DNA of 64,000 nt from a virus (lineage: Duplodnaviria > Heunggongvirae > Uroviricota > Caudoviricetes), in the IMG/VR virus record IMGVR_UViG_3300016484_000447, positions 23,773 to 87,772 of that record. One strand, written 5' to 3'. The notes beneath the pieces were generated by a model, which was given only the letters and a program-made list of their open reading frames with translations, was not told the origin of the DNA and did not search any database. Made by a program: the position numbers and the translations under genes. This document shows, piece by piece, positions 47,990 through 55,733 of this stretch (positions are counted from its first letter, which is position 1; the number at the start of each line of letters is the position of its first letter).

Positions 47990-48148
47990 TTACGGATGAA
48001 CGTGAAGCTTAGAAATGGATTCGACCTGACTCAGCAAGAACCATTCACGGCCATGCCGCTTCAGTCCGACCCCTCCTTTCAAGGGCTTGTACCCAAGCTT
48101 CAGCCATTCGGCAGTGGTCTTGCGGTCGATGTGTGCAAAAACGCTCAT
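47990..48148 (-). CDS. small hypothetical protein
   Basis: 52-aa ORF MSVFAHIDRK... with AAGGAG RBS. Its ATG is 3 nt after the SleB-like stop. Confidence 0.3.
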   Translation of the reverse strand: MSVFAHIDRKTTAEWLKLGYKPLKGGVGLKRHGREWFLLSQVESISKLHVHP

Positions 48149-48150
48149 CT

Positions 48151-48594
48151 TTACTCCTTGCAGAATGTGTGGTTTCCGATGCGCTTGCAGGCAGTACCTG
48201 GGGGCTTGACTCCGTTGAAGAAGATGTACTTCTCGTCAGTGAGAACCCTGGGGTGCATGATGGCCGCATTGTAGTAGCTCTCGCTCTCGTCTGTCAACGC
48301 CACCAGACCCTTTTTCTTGTACCACGGGAACTGTTGCTTCTGTGCAACAACCTCGCAGACTGACTTCCCCGTCTTTGCAGACCTGTGGAAGATTACGTCA
48401 AGCACTGCCCGTCTTCCCTTGTCGGGCTCTCCACGGGCTTCGTGGTAGACGGCGCTGACGAGGCACCTGTACTGGGATTCGTCGTACTCGACTCCAACAT
48501 TCGACACTGGCTTGGCAAACGACAGCAGCAAGGCAATGGCGACGATGGGGTAGGTCAGGAGCTTGATTGTTTTTCGCATGATCGGAGTGTACAT
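48151..48594 (-). CDS. SleB/CwlJ-type cell-wall hydrolase with signal peptide
   Basis: N-terminal signal/TM segment. AVYHEARGE...VIFHR...KQQFPWY matches the Hydrolase_2 (SleB) signature. Confidence 0.6.
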   Translation of the reverse strand: MYTPIMRKTIKLLTYPIVAIALLLSFAKPVSNVGVEYDESQYRCLVSAVYHEARGEPDKGRRAVLDVIFHRSAKTGKSVCEVVAQKQQFPWYKKKGLVALTDESESYYNAAIMHPRVLTDEKYIFFNGVKPPGTACKRIGNHTFCKE

Positions 48595-48644
48595 GAAAAA
48601 AGCCCGCCACAGGGGCGGGCTTCTAGGGCTGTTGCACGGAAGCG

Positions 48645-49343
48645 TCAGTGGGCGCCGACCGGGGCCAGCACCGGCAGTTGCATCTGCGTCTTGGCGAAGG
48701 TCATCAGTTCCATCGCAATCTGCACCACGTCGTCGTAGGTCGCCTCGAAAGGGACGACGACAGACATCGTGCCGTGCGTGAACACGCGACCGCTGGGGAT
48801 GCCCTTGCCCTCGGCTTCGCGGCGGGCTTCCAGAGCCCTGTTCGCGGCGTCCGCGACCCGGCGCTCTTCCTCGGTCATGGTGGGCTGCTTCGGGGCTTCC
48901 GGGGCCTTGGTGGGGCCTTCGGTGTCCCGTTGCCGCTTGACCTGCACCGGCTTGCCGATGTAGGCCAGGACGCTGTTGATGCCCGTGAAGTTGTACTCCT
49001 TGAGCTTCTCGGCGATCACGTTGACCTGTTGCTTCGGCGGGGCGTCACCCACCCAGTCGATCAGCGTCTCGCGGCCACCGATGAACACGAACAGGTCAGC
49101 CGCCACGCCGACGCGACGGGCCACGGTCTTGTAGTCCTCGCCGACCGGGGTCTTGCAGGCGTAGCCCGCCTTCTCGTAGACCTCGCGCAGCGCACGCTTG
49201 GCCTCGATGCCGACCTTGGCCGGTTCCGCCTTGACGCCGAACAGGGACAGGCCGACAGCCAGTTCCAGTTGCAGCGCATCGCGGTGGAAGCTGCCCGCGT
49301 CCGCCAGCGCACCGATCCACATGGACTCGGTGGGCTTCAGCAT
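48645..49343 (-). CDS. hypothetical protein
   Basis: 232 aa, mixed composition, no recognisable motif. Confidence 0.45.
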   Translation of the reverse strand: MLKPTESMWIGALADAGSFHRDALQLELAVGLSLFGVKAEPAKVGIEAKRALREVYEKAGYACKTPVGEDYKTVARRVGVAADLFVFIGGRETLIDWVGDAPPKQQVNVIAEKLKEYNFTGINSVLAYIGKPVQVKRQRDTEGPTKAPEAPKQPTMTEEERRVADAANRALEARREAEGKGIPSGRVFTHGTMSVVVPFEATYDDVVQIAMELMTFAKTQMQLPVLAPVGAH

Positions 49344-49600
49344 GGTGGGCTTGTTGATGGCTTCCTCGACGGCCTTTTGCTAGGCCTTGATCGATGGACG
49401 GGCACCGTGCATGGCAGCGGCGGAAGCAGTGCGGCGAGCGCGGGTGGTGGTAGCAGTCTTGGTCATGATGAACCCTCCTGTGAAAAGGTGAACTACTCTA
49501 GGCCACTCGGTCAGCGCCCATCGCCAACCGATGTCTATATCATCGTCACCTTCCAACCCACAGTCAAGCACTTTCTGCAATACCCGACAAAACTGTCAGG

Positions 49601-49795
49601 TCATTTCGTGCATTTCACAGGGCGACCGTCGTCACCGATGACTTGGTGCAGGGTGCCATTGGCATCCATGACCCACTCGTAGCCTGCGTGGCACTGGTGG
49701 GTGTCCAAGCTGCCGCCGAAGATGATGGCGCCGATGATGCCGACAAAGGCCAGCGCGATCAGCAGTTCGAGAGGGGTGAATCCGTTGCGCTTCAT
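49601..49795 (-). CDS. type IV pilin-like mini-protein (prepilin-type N-terminus)
   Basis: MKRNG|FTPLELLIALAFVGIIGAII carries a class-III signal (G-F...E5). Mature part ~55 aa with two Cys (C-terminal disulfide loop). The ATG overlaps the ligase stop (ATGA). Confidence 0.5.
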   Translation of the reverse strand: MKRNGFTPLELLIALAFVGIIGAIIFGGSLDTHQCHAGYEWVMDANGTLHQVIGDDGRPVKCTK

Positions 49796-50781
49796 TCGCT
49801 CATGTCCTCTTCGCTTCGGATGCCGACGAACGTCGGGAACCGGGGTTTGTCCTTCTGGCCTTTCGGGAAGAACTTGGCCTTGCCGATCTGGCCGACGAGG
49901 TTGTCTTCGGTCTTGTTCACGAAGTCCTCCCACGCCTTGACCCGTTGGTCATGCAGCATGTTGCCAGGGCCGACATCGACCAGTTGACCCTTGGCGATCA
50001 GCACCTTGCCGTTGTGGATGACATCCGCCAGGGCACGCATCTGGATCATGCCGACCATACCCTTCGGCACCATGTTCTCTTGGTGCGTGCTGCGCTCGGT
50101 GCGACCCAGTTCGTTGACCTTGGCCTCGTTCTGGTTTTCCTTGGCTTCGATCAGGTTCTCGATCACACCCTCGAAGTCGATGAACCGCTTGATGCGCAGG
50201 TACGTGCCGCCGCGCACCGTTGCCCGGCCCGACTTGTGAAGCCCTTGAGGATCGCGCACGATGACTCCTTCAAACCCGGCGTCCAGGCACTCGTCCTCGA
50301 AAGCCAGAAGTTCCTCCAGCGAATGCACCAGCTTCCAGGGCACCAGGGAGACGTTGAACAGCTTCCGCCAGTCGCCGACTTGGTGGGCAACGGTCAGAGC
50401 TTCCAGGCGCTCGATGTAGGGCAGATGAACGGTTGCCGGGCCGATGTAGTCGAAGGCCCACCACACCAGATCGTTGCTGCGGGTGGGCTTGCCCTCCTTC
50501 GCCGTCTTGCGGTTGACGAAGCCAGTCGTGTTGCTGCACAGCCGGGCATCCGTCCAGTCGCCCAAGGCCAGTTCCCCGTCCACGCCCAACAGCGCCTCGT
50601 TGCTGAAGCACTCGGCGATGAAGTTGTTCTTGAACGGCTTCAGGCTGCGGCCCGTGATGTCTCCCGCCAAGTTGAGGCCACGCACACCGTCGATCTTCGG
50701 CATGGCGACAACCGGGAACTTCACCTTGTCTTCCTCAAGGTCGCAGGCCAGATGCGGTTTCATGTCTGTCTTCTTCGTCAC
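49792..50781 (-). CDS. ATP-dependent DNA ligase (T7-like)
   Basis: KIDGVRG adenylation motif (KxDG), EGVIVR (motif IV-like), LIAKGQ. The start is placed at GTG 7 nt after the GGAG RBS. Confidence 0.75.
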   Translation of the reverse strand: MTKKTDMKPHLACDLEEDKVKFPVVAMPKIDGVRGLNLAGDITGRSLKPFKNNFIAECFSNEALLGVDGELALGDWTDARLCSNTTGFVNRKTAKEGKPTRSNDLVWWAFDYIGPATVHLPYIERLEALTVAHQVGDWRKLFNVSLVPWKLVHSLEELLAFEDECLDAGFEGVIVRDPQGLHKSGRATVRGGTYLRIKRFIDFEGVIENLIEAKENQNEAKVNELGRTERSTHQENMVPKGMVGMIQMRALADVIHNGKVLIAKGQLVDVGPGNMLHDQRVKAWEDFVNKTEDNLVGQIGKAKFFPKGQKDKPRFPTFVGIRSEEDMSE

Positions 50782-50813
50782 TCGTTTCTCCTTTGTTTTG
50801 TGTCGAAGCCAGG

Positions 50814-50842
50814 ACTGTAGCACGCACACTGACGGATGTCAA
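50814..50842 (-). promoter_or_regulatory. sigma70-type promoter for the leftward early/replication operon (TTGACA-17-TACAGT)
   Basis: On the minus strand TTGACA (50842-50837), 17-nt spacer, TACAGT (50819-50814). Then GGAG RBS and the ligase GTG. A GCCCTG-GA-CAGGGC dyad sits immediately upstream of the -35. Confidence 0.65.
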
Positions 50843-51060
50843 GCCCTGTCCAGGGCCAGTCCTCGCACACAAGACAGTCCTATACATGCTCTGGAAGAGC
50901 CTTATAACTAGAACTTATAAGACTGCCGGTAGGCAGTCATCATGTACTTAGACAATATGTTAGTGAGTGTCTACTAACGTACTATATAGATTAAAATAGC
51001 ATAGTTCTGGCTGTCGTGCAAGTAGGGTTTACCCCTATCAAAAAGTTTTAGGGATGCCGA
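50843..51060. promoter_or_regulatory. AT-rich divergent control region (possible operators / origin-like features)
   Basis: About 200 bp of ~35-40% GC in a 60-65% GC genome. Contains GACTGCC-GGTAG-GCAGTC hairpin, CTTATAA direct repeats, TTAGT..ACTAA dyad and T/A tracts. Lies between the leftward promoter and the first rightward genes. Confidence 0.4.
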
Positions 51061-51128
51061 AAACCACAGCTTTTTCATGTACACTCCCGTTCACCGTCGA
51101 AACACAAACGCAAGGAAGGAGAAGCAAG

Positions 51129-51371
51129 TTGGGTACTGTCAACACGTTCGCTGTCTACCAAGAGGCCAAGGCCCGCATTGCGGCGAAGACGCACGACATC
51201 AAGGACGAGGTGATCGTCGCTCTCTGGGACGTGACCACGCAGGCGACTGCGATGGCTGCGAACAAGGCCCTGGAAGCTGACGCCGCCCGCAAGACCGTCG
51301 CCGAGTACGCGCACCAGAACGAACTCCTTGCGAGTCGTCTGGCCGGTCAAGCTTCCAAGGCAGTCAACTGA
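51129..51371 (+). CDS. hypothetical protein
   Basis: TTG start 6 nt after GGAAGGAGA. 80 aa Ala-rich. Confidence 0.35.
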   Translation: MGTVNTFAVYQEAKARIAAKTHDIKDEVIVALWDVTTQATAMAANKALEADAARKTVAEYAHQNELLASRLAGQASKAVN

Positions 51372-51372
51372 C

Positions 51373-51528
51373 ATGCCGAAGCTCCACACCGTCGTTTCTG
51401 GCCCGGTTGAAGTGGCGGAGTCCATGTTCAACTCGAAGTTCCTTGCGGCGTGGCTGCTGACGCCGTGCGTCAACGGTGCCGACCACCAAGACGATTTCGG
51501 CCTGTTCATCGCAGGCGGGGAACTCTGA
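51373..51528 (+). CDS. small hypothetical protein
   Basis: 51 aa from MPKLHTV. ATG overlaps previous stop (TGACATG). Confidence 0.3.
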   Translation: MPKLHTVVSGPVEVAESMFNSKFLAAWLLTPCVNGADHQDDFGLFIAGGEL

Positions 51529-51672
51529 CACAGCCCTGGAAGATTTCCGGGACATCTCCCAGAAATGGGAAGTTTTCCAGAACATTTTCCAGGATTTGTG
51601 GCATTTTTACAACACATCTCACACGAAGGAGAGAGCCATCAACATCCCGACCCCACTCCAGCGCATCGCTGC

Positions 51673-52381
51673 CATGAACGAAGCTTTCGGCAATCCTGCC
51701 GGTGACTTCGACAACATTGATCCCCGCGCCCTGCTGAACCAGTGCCGCAACATCTTCGATGAGTACGTCGAACTGCTGCACGCCTTCGGTGTGAGCCCCG
51801 ATGTCCTGCACTCGTTCAAGGTCATCCACAACAACACCCTGTACGGCTTCGAGCCAACCGTGGACAAGATGGACGTGACCGAAGTCCGTGACGCCCTGTG
51901 CGACATCCAAGTCTTCGCAGGCGGCGCCCAACACCTCATGGGCGTCGATGCCGACGTGGACATGCACTCCGTCATCAACGGTGTCATGTCGCGCTTCATC
52001 AAGGACGAAGAAGACAAGCAGGCCACCATCGCCCTGCACGCTGCCAAGGGTGTCACCGATGTCTACTTCGAGGGGGAGTTCCCGCGCATGGTCATGAAGT
52101 CCGCCAGCGACCAGCCCGACGCCCCCAGGGGCAAGTTCCTGAAGTCCGCCAGCTACATGCCGACACGCTTCTACGCTCCCTTGGATGTCCGCTACGCGAA
52201 GGCCCTCGGTGCGAACGATGGTCAGGCAATGGCCTATGCCGGGACTGCTGAGATTGCGCGGGCCAGCGGGAACTCTGTCGATGCAGTGTTCTCTGGCGGC
52301 TCGATGTCGCTGAAGGTCATCGTTCCGACCGTCCCGGTGACTGTGTGCGGGACCGGCATCGTCGGTGCTGCTGACTGCTGA
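51673..52381 (+). CDS. hypothetical protein, possible MazG-like all-alpha NTP-pyrophosphohydrolase N-domain; start uncertain
   Basis: EYVE...EVRD spacing is reminiscent of the MazG ExxE/ExxD motifs. AAGGAGAG RBS at 51626 suggests a non-ATG start near 51644. C-terminal 100 aa Gly/Ala-rich. Confidence 0.35.
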
Positions 52382-52406
52382 CCAAACGCTGCTAGCCTGG
52401 ATTCAA

Positions 52407-52449
52407 GGCCGACTCGGAAATGGTTTCAACTTCGAGTCGGCCAGTTTTT
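52407..52449 (+). terminator. rho-independent terminator
   Basis: GGCCGACTCG...CGAGTCGGCC 10-bp stem followed by AGTTTTT. Confidence 0.75.
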
Positions 52450-52539
52450 CGCTGGGAAAAATGCAGTTTTGCTTGAATAGGTAAGCCCGCCCGCCCCACC
52501 CCAGCCGCCTCGCCGCCCCCGGGCGACCCCACCTGTTGC

Positions 52540-52660
52540 GCGGACGCCACACTTTTCGCATGGCGCAATGGCGCACCGCATGGCGGAACGTTCTGCATGG
52601 TGGCGCGGCGTTTCGCAATGTGGAATTTCACAGGATGGGATGGCGTTTCGCTATGTGGGG
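52540..52660. repeat. iteron-like repeat tract (GCATGGCG x3; TTTCGC[A/T][A/T]TG[G/T]GG x3)
   Basis: ttttcGCATGGCGcaatggcgcaccGCATGGCGgaacgttctGCATGGTGGCG...ggcgTTTCGCAATGTGGaatttcacaggatgggatggcgTTTCGCTATGTGGg. Non-coding 570-bp gap. Confidence 0.4.
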
Positions 52661-52903
52661 GCGGCGGGCTCCAAAAAGTTACGGGCGCAGACGGCCCTTC
52701 AGTCGATTTAGACCGAATGGCGCGATTGTAGCGGGGCGCCCGGCCCCGTCAAGCGGATTTTGGAATACCCGACCACACTGCCGGGTTATTTTTCGAGCGG
52801 GCAGGGGCGGATTACACACCCGGGGGACCGCCTGCGCCGATGCTGTGCCCACAGCATACCACAGAAAATCCCATTAGTGAGAAACCCCGCGAGCTTGTCG
52901 GGT

Positions 52904-52934
52904 TTGACACTTTCCGCGCTGGGTCTGCTATAGT
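52904..52934 (+). promoter_or_regulatory. repeated promoter unit P1 (TTGACA-19-TGcTATAGT + conserved leader GGGAACCACTGCAACACA)
   Basis: Perfect TTGACA. TGn-extended TATAGT 19 bp downstream. 32-nt leader with GGAG RBS to ATG 52967. Confidence 0.55.
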
Positions 52935-52966
52935 GGGAACCACTGCAACACACCGGAGCCCCGGAC

Positions 52967-53152
52967 ATGAAGACCCCCGCCGAACTGGCCCGCCTGTATG
53001 ATGCGGGCGCCCTGGATGAAGTAGCCCGCGAAGCCCTGCGCTATGGCGCAATCCTCGCCGACACTGAGGACCCCGAGAGCCTGACCCGCTGGCGTCATGT
53101 CTGGCAACGCCCGGCGCACATCGCCGACATTCTGGGGCTTCCCGTGGCCTGA
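52967..53152 (+). CDS. small hypothetical protein (array gene a)
   Basis: 61 aa. GGAG RBS. Follows P1. Confidence 0.45.
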   Translation: MKTPAELARLYDAGALDEVAREALRYGAILADTEDPESLTRWRHVWQRPAHIADILGLPVA

Positions 53153-53219
53153 GTCTGGTCTATCACCTGGGGCGCCTACACGTTCCCGGCGAGCTAATAC
53201 CCGACAAAACCGAAGGGGC

Positions 53220-53250
53220 TTGACACCAAGCCCAAAACGTGACACACTGC
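53220..53250 (+). promoter_or_regulatory. repeated promoter unit P13 (GGGGCTTGACACCAAGCCC dyad; -10-like CACTGC/ACACTG)
   Basis: TTGACA sits in a perfect 8-bp-stem dyad. Only ~5 nt separate the hexamer from ATG 53256, so the mRNA may be leaderless. Confidence 0.35.
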
Positions 53251-53255
53251 GAAGC

Positions 53256-53465
53256 ATGGAACAAAAATTTTTCACCGTCAACGTTTCGAGGCAAACGGCA
53301 CACACCGTAAAGCCTGGAAGCAAGACCCATGCAACCATCGCCGCCGCGTGGAAGGGGCAACCCTTTAACATGCGGATTGGCGGGGAGGTTCACCGCATTT
53401 TCAACCATGCCGGGGACGCTGGCCGGTGGCTTGTGTTCCTGCAACTTGACGCCCCCCAAACCTAA
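53256..53465 (+). CDS. small hypothetical protein (array gene b)
   Basis: 69 aa from MEQKFF. Upstream part of the listed ORF contains the promoter. Confidence 0.35.
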   Translation: MEQKFFTVNVSRQTAHTVKPGSKTHATIAAAWKGQPFNMRIGGEVHRIFNHAGDAGRWLVFLQLDAPQT

Positions 53466-53480
53466 ACCGGAGCCCAAACC

Positions 53481-53771
53481 GTGAAGACATCCCACACCAT
53501 CGCCCCCGCTGGCTTCGCCGCCGCCCTGTCTGACCTGGGCAAAGCCTGCGACACCCTGGCGCCCCTGGCCCATGAAAGCCGCGAAGCTTCCGCCGCTCAT
53601 GGTGGCATTCTGGCTGCTGTGGCCGAACTCATCGCAAACGCTGGCCCCGTGGGGGGCGTGAAGATGTCCCGCGCAATGGATGCCGCGACCCGCGCCGGGT
53701 TCGAGGTGGAATTCTACCCGGGTAGCATCCGCGTTTCCCGCAATGCTTCCGCCGCTGGTCAAACCCTGTAA
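53481..53771 (+). CDS. small hypothetical protein (array gene c)
   Basis: 96 aa. GTG start 8 nt after GGAG. Confidence 0.4.
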   Translation: MKTSHTIAPAGFAAALSDLGKACDTLAPLAHESREASAAHGGILAAVAELIANAGPVGGVKMSRAMDAATRAGFEVEFYPGSIRVSRNASAAGQTL

Positions 53772-53785
53772 CCGGAGTCCCGAAC

Positions 53786-54184
53786 ATGGCCCAAAAATTC
53801 CACGCTGACCCCCGAACCCGTTTTGTGCATCCGAACGGGGCGGAGGCTTTCGGGCCTGGGGGTCCGATGGACTGCCTGGGCACCTGGGCGAAGGTGCGAA
53901 AATGCCCGGTCTACCTGGGCGGGGAAGACACCGGGCACCGCCTGACCTGCTACGCCACGGGCTACGCTGACACCGCGTTTTCTGTCCCTGCCTGCACCCG
54001 GTACAAGGGGCAACACATCGGGGGGTTTTTCACCCTGGACGAAAGCAAGGGGGGCGCAGTGTTTCGCGTGGTGGACCGCTACGCCGACAAGCTGCGAGCC
54101 CTGAGCCTGGGCGAAGCCCCGCCCGCAGTGCCCACCCTGGCAGGGCAACGCGCCCGGCTGGAAGCTGGCAAGGGGCAAGCATGA
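53786..54184 (+). CDS. hypothetical protein (array gene d), Cys-containing
   Basis: 132 aa. GGAG RBS. C..C..C..C spacing suggests a zinc-binding region. Confidence 0.45.
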   Translation: MAQKFHADPRTRFVHPNGAEAFGPGGPMDCLGTWAKVRKCPVYLGGEDTGHRLTCYATGYADTAFSVPACTRYKGQHIGGFFTLDESKGGAVFRVVDRYADKLRALSLGEAPPAVPTLAGQRARLEAGKGQA

Positions 54185-54558
54185 CGCCCGGACAAGTCGC
54201 CCGCGCCCTGGAAGCCGCAGAGGCCCGATACTGGGCAGAGGTGGACCGCATCGCCGAAGCTGTCACCCGCGAGAACGTCGCCCCATTCTGCGACCGGCAC
54301 GGGGTCAGATTCCGCCCGGGGATGGGTTCATGGGATTTTGACGGGGCCGCAGCGGAAGACACCCCGCGCCGCCCCGCCCGCGCCTGGGCTAGCTGGGATT
54401 TTTCCGAACTCCCCGCGAAGCTTGCCAAAGTGCTAGACGCCCGGACCATCGGGGGGCATTCCCTGGGGGGCAATCGCCCCGGACTACACCCCGCCGAACT
54501 TCAAAGCCTGAGCGTTTTTGTCGGGCTTGACACTTCCCCCGGGCTTGCTGTGCTATAG
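54181..54558 (+). CDS. hypothetical protein (array gene e)
   Basis: 125 aa. ATGA overlap with gene d. Its 3' end runs through promoter unit P2. Confidence 0.4.
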   Translation: MTPGQVARALEAAEARYWAEVDRIAEAVTRENVAPFCDRHGVRFRPGMGSWDFDGAAAEDTPRRPARAWASWDFSELPAKLAKVLDARTIGGHSLGGNRPGLHPAELQSLSVFVGLDTSPGLAVL

Positions 54559-54559
54559 T
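54527..54559 (+). promoter_or_regulatory. repeated promoter unit P2 (TTGACA-21-TGcTATAGT + GGGAACCACTGCAACACA)
   Basis: Preceded by TTTTTGTCGGG motif. Conserved 18-nt leader identical to P1. GGAG then ATG 54596. Confidence 0.5.
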
Positions 54560-54595
54560 GGGAACCACTGCAACACACAACCCGGAGCAAACGCA

Positions 54596-54799
54596 ATGCC
54601 CTACATTCTGGACGCCCATAACGGCTACTGGTCGCAAGTCATCCGCGCCGACATGGCAAAGGGGCGCACCGCTCAACGGGCGTGCAATGACACCTTTCGG
54701 GCCATTCTTATGATGGGCCGGGGCAAAGCTGAAGCCCTGCGGGTGACGCAAGCCGCTGCACACTTCGCCGGGGTTGCCCCGGAGTCTGTCAACTGGTGA
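54596..54799 (+). CDS. small hypothetical protein (array gene f)
   Basis: 67 aa from MPYILDAH. Confidence 0.45.
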   Translation: MPYILDAHNGYWSQVIRADMAKGRTAQRACNDTFRAILMMGRGKAEALRVTQAAAHFAGVAPESVNW

Positions 54800-54849
54800 A
54801 CCACAGAGCCCCGGAAACGGGGCTACAATCAACGAACGGAGCCCGACAC

Positions 54850-55110
54850 ATGGCGACCTCTTACCGCTTCAAACTGAACGCCCAAAAGGCCGAATTCTAC
54901 CCCTGGGGCTGCGCCGTGGCCTATGGCCTGGACTGCACCCTGAAGGCTGAAGAATTCACCGGCACGCTACCCGAAGCCCTGGCCCGCCTGGAAGCTTTCG
55001 CCGCTGAAGCCCCCGCCCCTTCCCGCTCGTTTCTGCGGGTGGCACCTGGGGAGCGCACGCCCCGGGGCTTCAAGCAAGCGACCACGCACGCCGACCACCG
55101 GAGCGAATAA
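54850..55110 (+). CDS. small hypothetical protein (array gene g)
   Basis: 86 aa from MATSYRF. Upstream AGCCCCGGAAACGGGGCT hairpin, then TACAAT, then GGAG. Confidence 0.45.
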   Translation: MATSYRFKLNAQKAEFYPWGCAVAYGLDCTLKAEEFTGTLPEALARLEAFAAEAPAPSRSFLRVAPGERTPRGFKQATTHADHRSE

Positions 55111-55129
55111 CCCCACAGCCTAAAGGGGC

Positions 55130-55160
55130 TTGACACTGGCCCCGAAAACTGCGACACTGC
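55130..55160 (+). promoter_or_regulatory. repeated promoter unit P3 (GGGGCTTGACACTGGCCCC; -10-like CACTGC; leader GCAAGCACTG)
   Basis: Same architecture. 70-nt leader containing GCCCCGCAAGGGGC GNRA-type hairpin. GGAG then ATG 55232. Confidence 0.4.
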
Positions 55161-55231
55161 AAGCACTGAAGGCGATCCCCGCCGACCTGAAACACAACCC
55201 GCCCCGCAAGGGGCAACCCGGAGCCCCGAAC

Positions 55232-55648
55232 ATGGCACACCCCCTGCAACTCTGCACCGCAAAAGGTGCCGCACACGTCATCGGCCCCGCCAAAGGTGGC
55301 AAAATGTTGGACGAAAAAAAGCTGTCCCGCTCGTTTTCGTTCCTGGCAATCACGCCCGAAGGCGCACCCGAGGAAGTCGCCCGAATTCTGGTCTGGGGCA
55401 CTGCTGCCCGGTCTTACGCCTCCGTTTGGCTGAAGGTTCCCGGGGATTGGCGAGGTGGGCACGCCCACGCCGGGGGCTACGGCTACCACCGGGGGAGCGC
55501 CGCAGTCAATCGCGCCCTGAAGTCTGCCGGGGTGCTGCTGGATTATGACATCGAGGGCCGTGGCGAAACCGCCTATCCTGGCGCAATCGCCGCCGCGCTG
55601 CTGGCCCTGGACGAGTACCGCCCGGTCTACATGCTGCAAGCCTACTAA
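55232..55648 (+). CDS. hypothetical protein (array gene h)
   Basis: 138 aa from MAHPLQL. Confidence 0.45.
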   Translation: MAHPLQLCTAKGAAHVIGPAKGGKMLDEKKLSRSFSFLAITPEGAPEEVARILVWGTAARSYASVWLKVPGDWRGGHAHAGGYGYHRGSAAVNRALKSAGVLLDYDIEGRGETAYPGAIAAALLALDEYRPVYMLQAY

Positions 55649-55670
55649 AGACCCCGCCCCGTGTAGGGGC

Positions 55671-55702
55671 TTGACACTGCCCGGGGAAACCGGGCACAAT
55701 GC
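55671..55702 (+). promoter_or_regulatory. repeated promoter unit P4 (TTGACA ... TGCACAATGC; leader CAAAGCATCGAAACACA)
   Basis: Spacer hairpin GCCCGG-ggaaa-CCGGGC. Leader identical to P7. GGAG then ATG 55734. Confidence 0.4.
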
Positions 55703-55733
55703 AAAGCATCGAAACACACCGGAGCCGCAGAAA

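Noticed and set aside
49380-49580. 66-aa minus-strand ORF between the pilin-like gene and the 232-aa gene
   Set aside because: Only the last 28 codons follow an ATG. No RBS. Composition is Thr/Ala/Arg low-complexity. Region instead contains the conserved 22-bp intergenic motif.
19927-50820. Long plus-strand ORFs antisense to nrdB, nrdA, exonuclease, NAMPT-like (31726-33765), DNAP (37124-38119), helicase (40339-41511), primase-helicase, ThyX-like, ligase etc.
   Set aside because: Each overlaps a minus-strand gene with clear family motifs. Their translations are Arg/Ala/Val/Gly-rich with no motifs or RBS.
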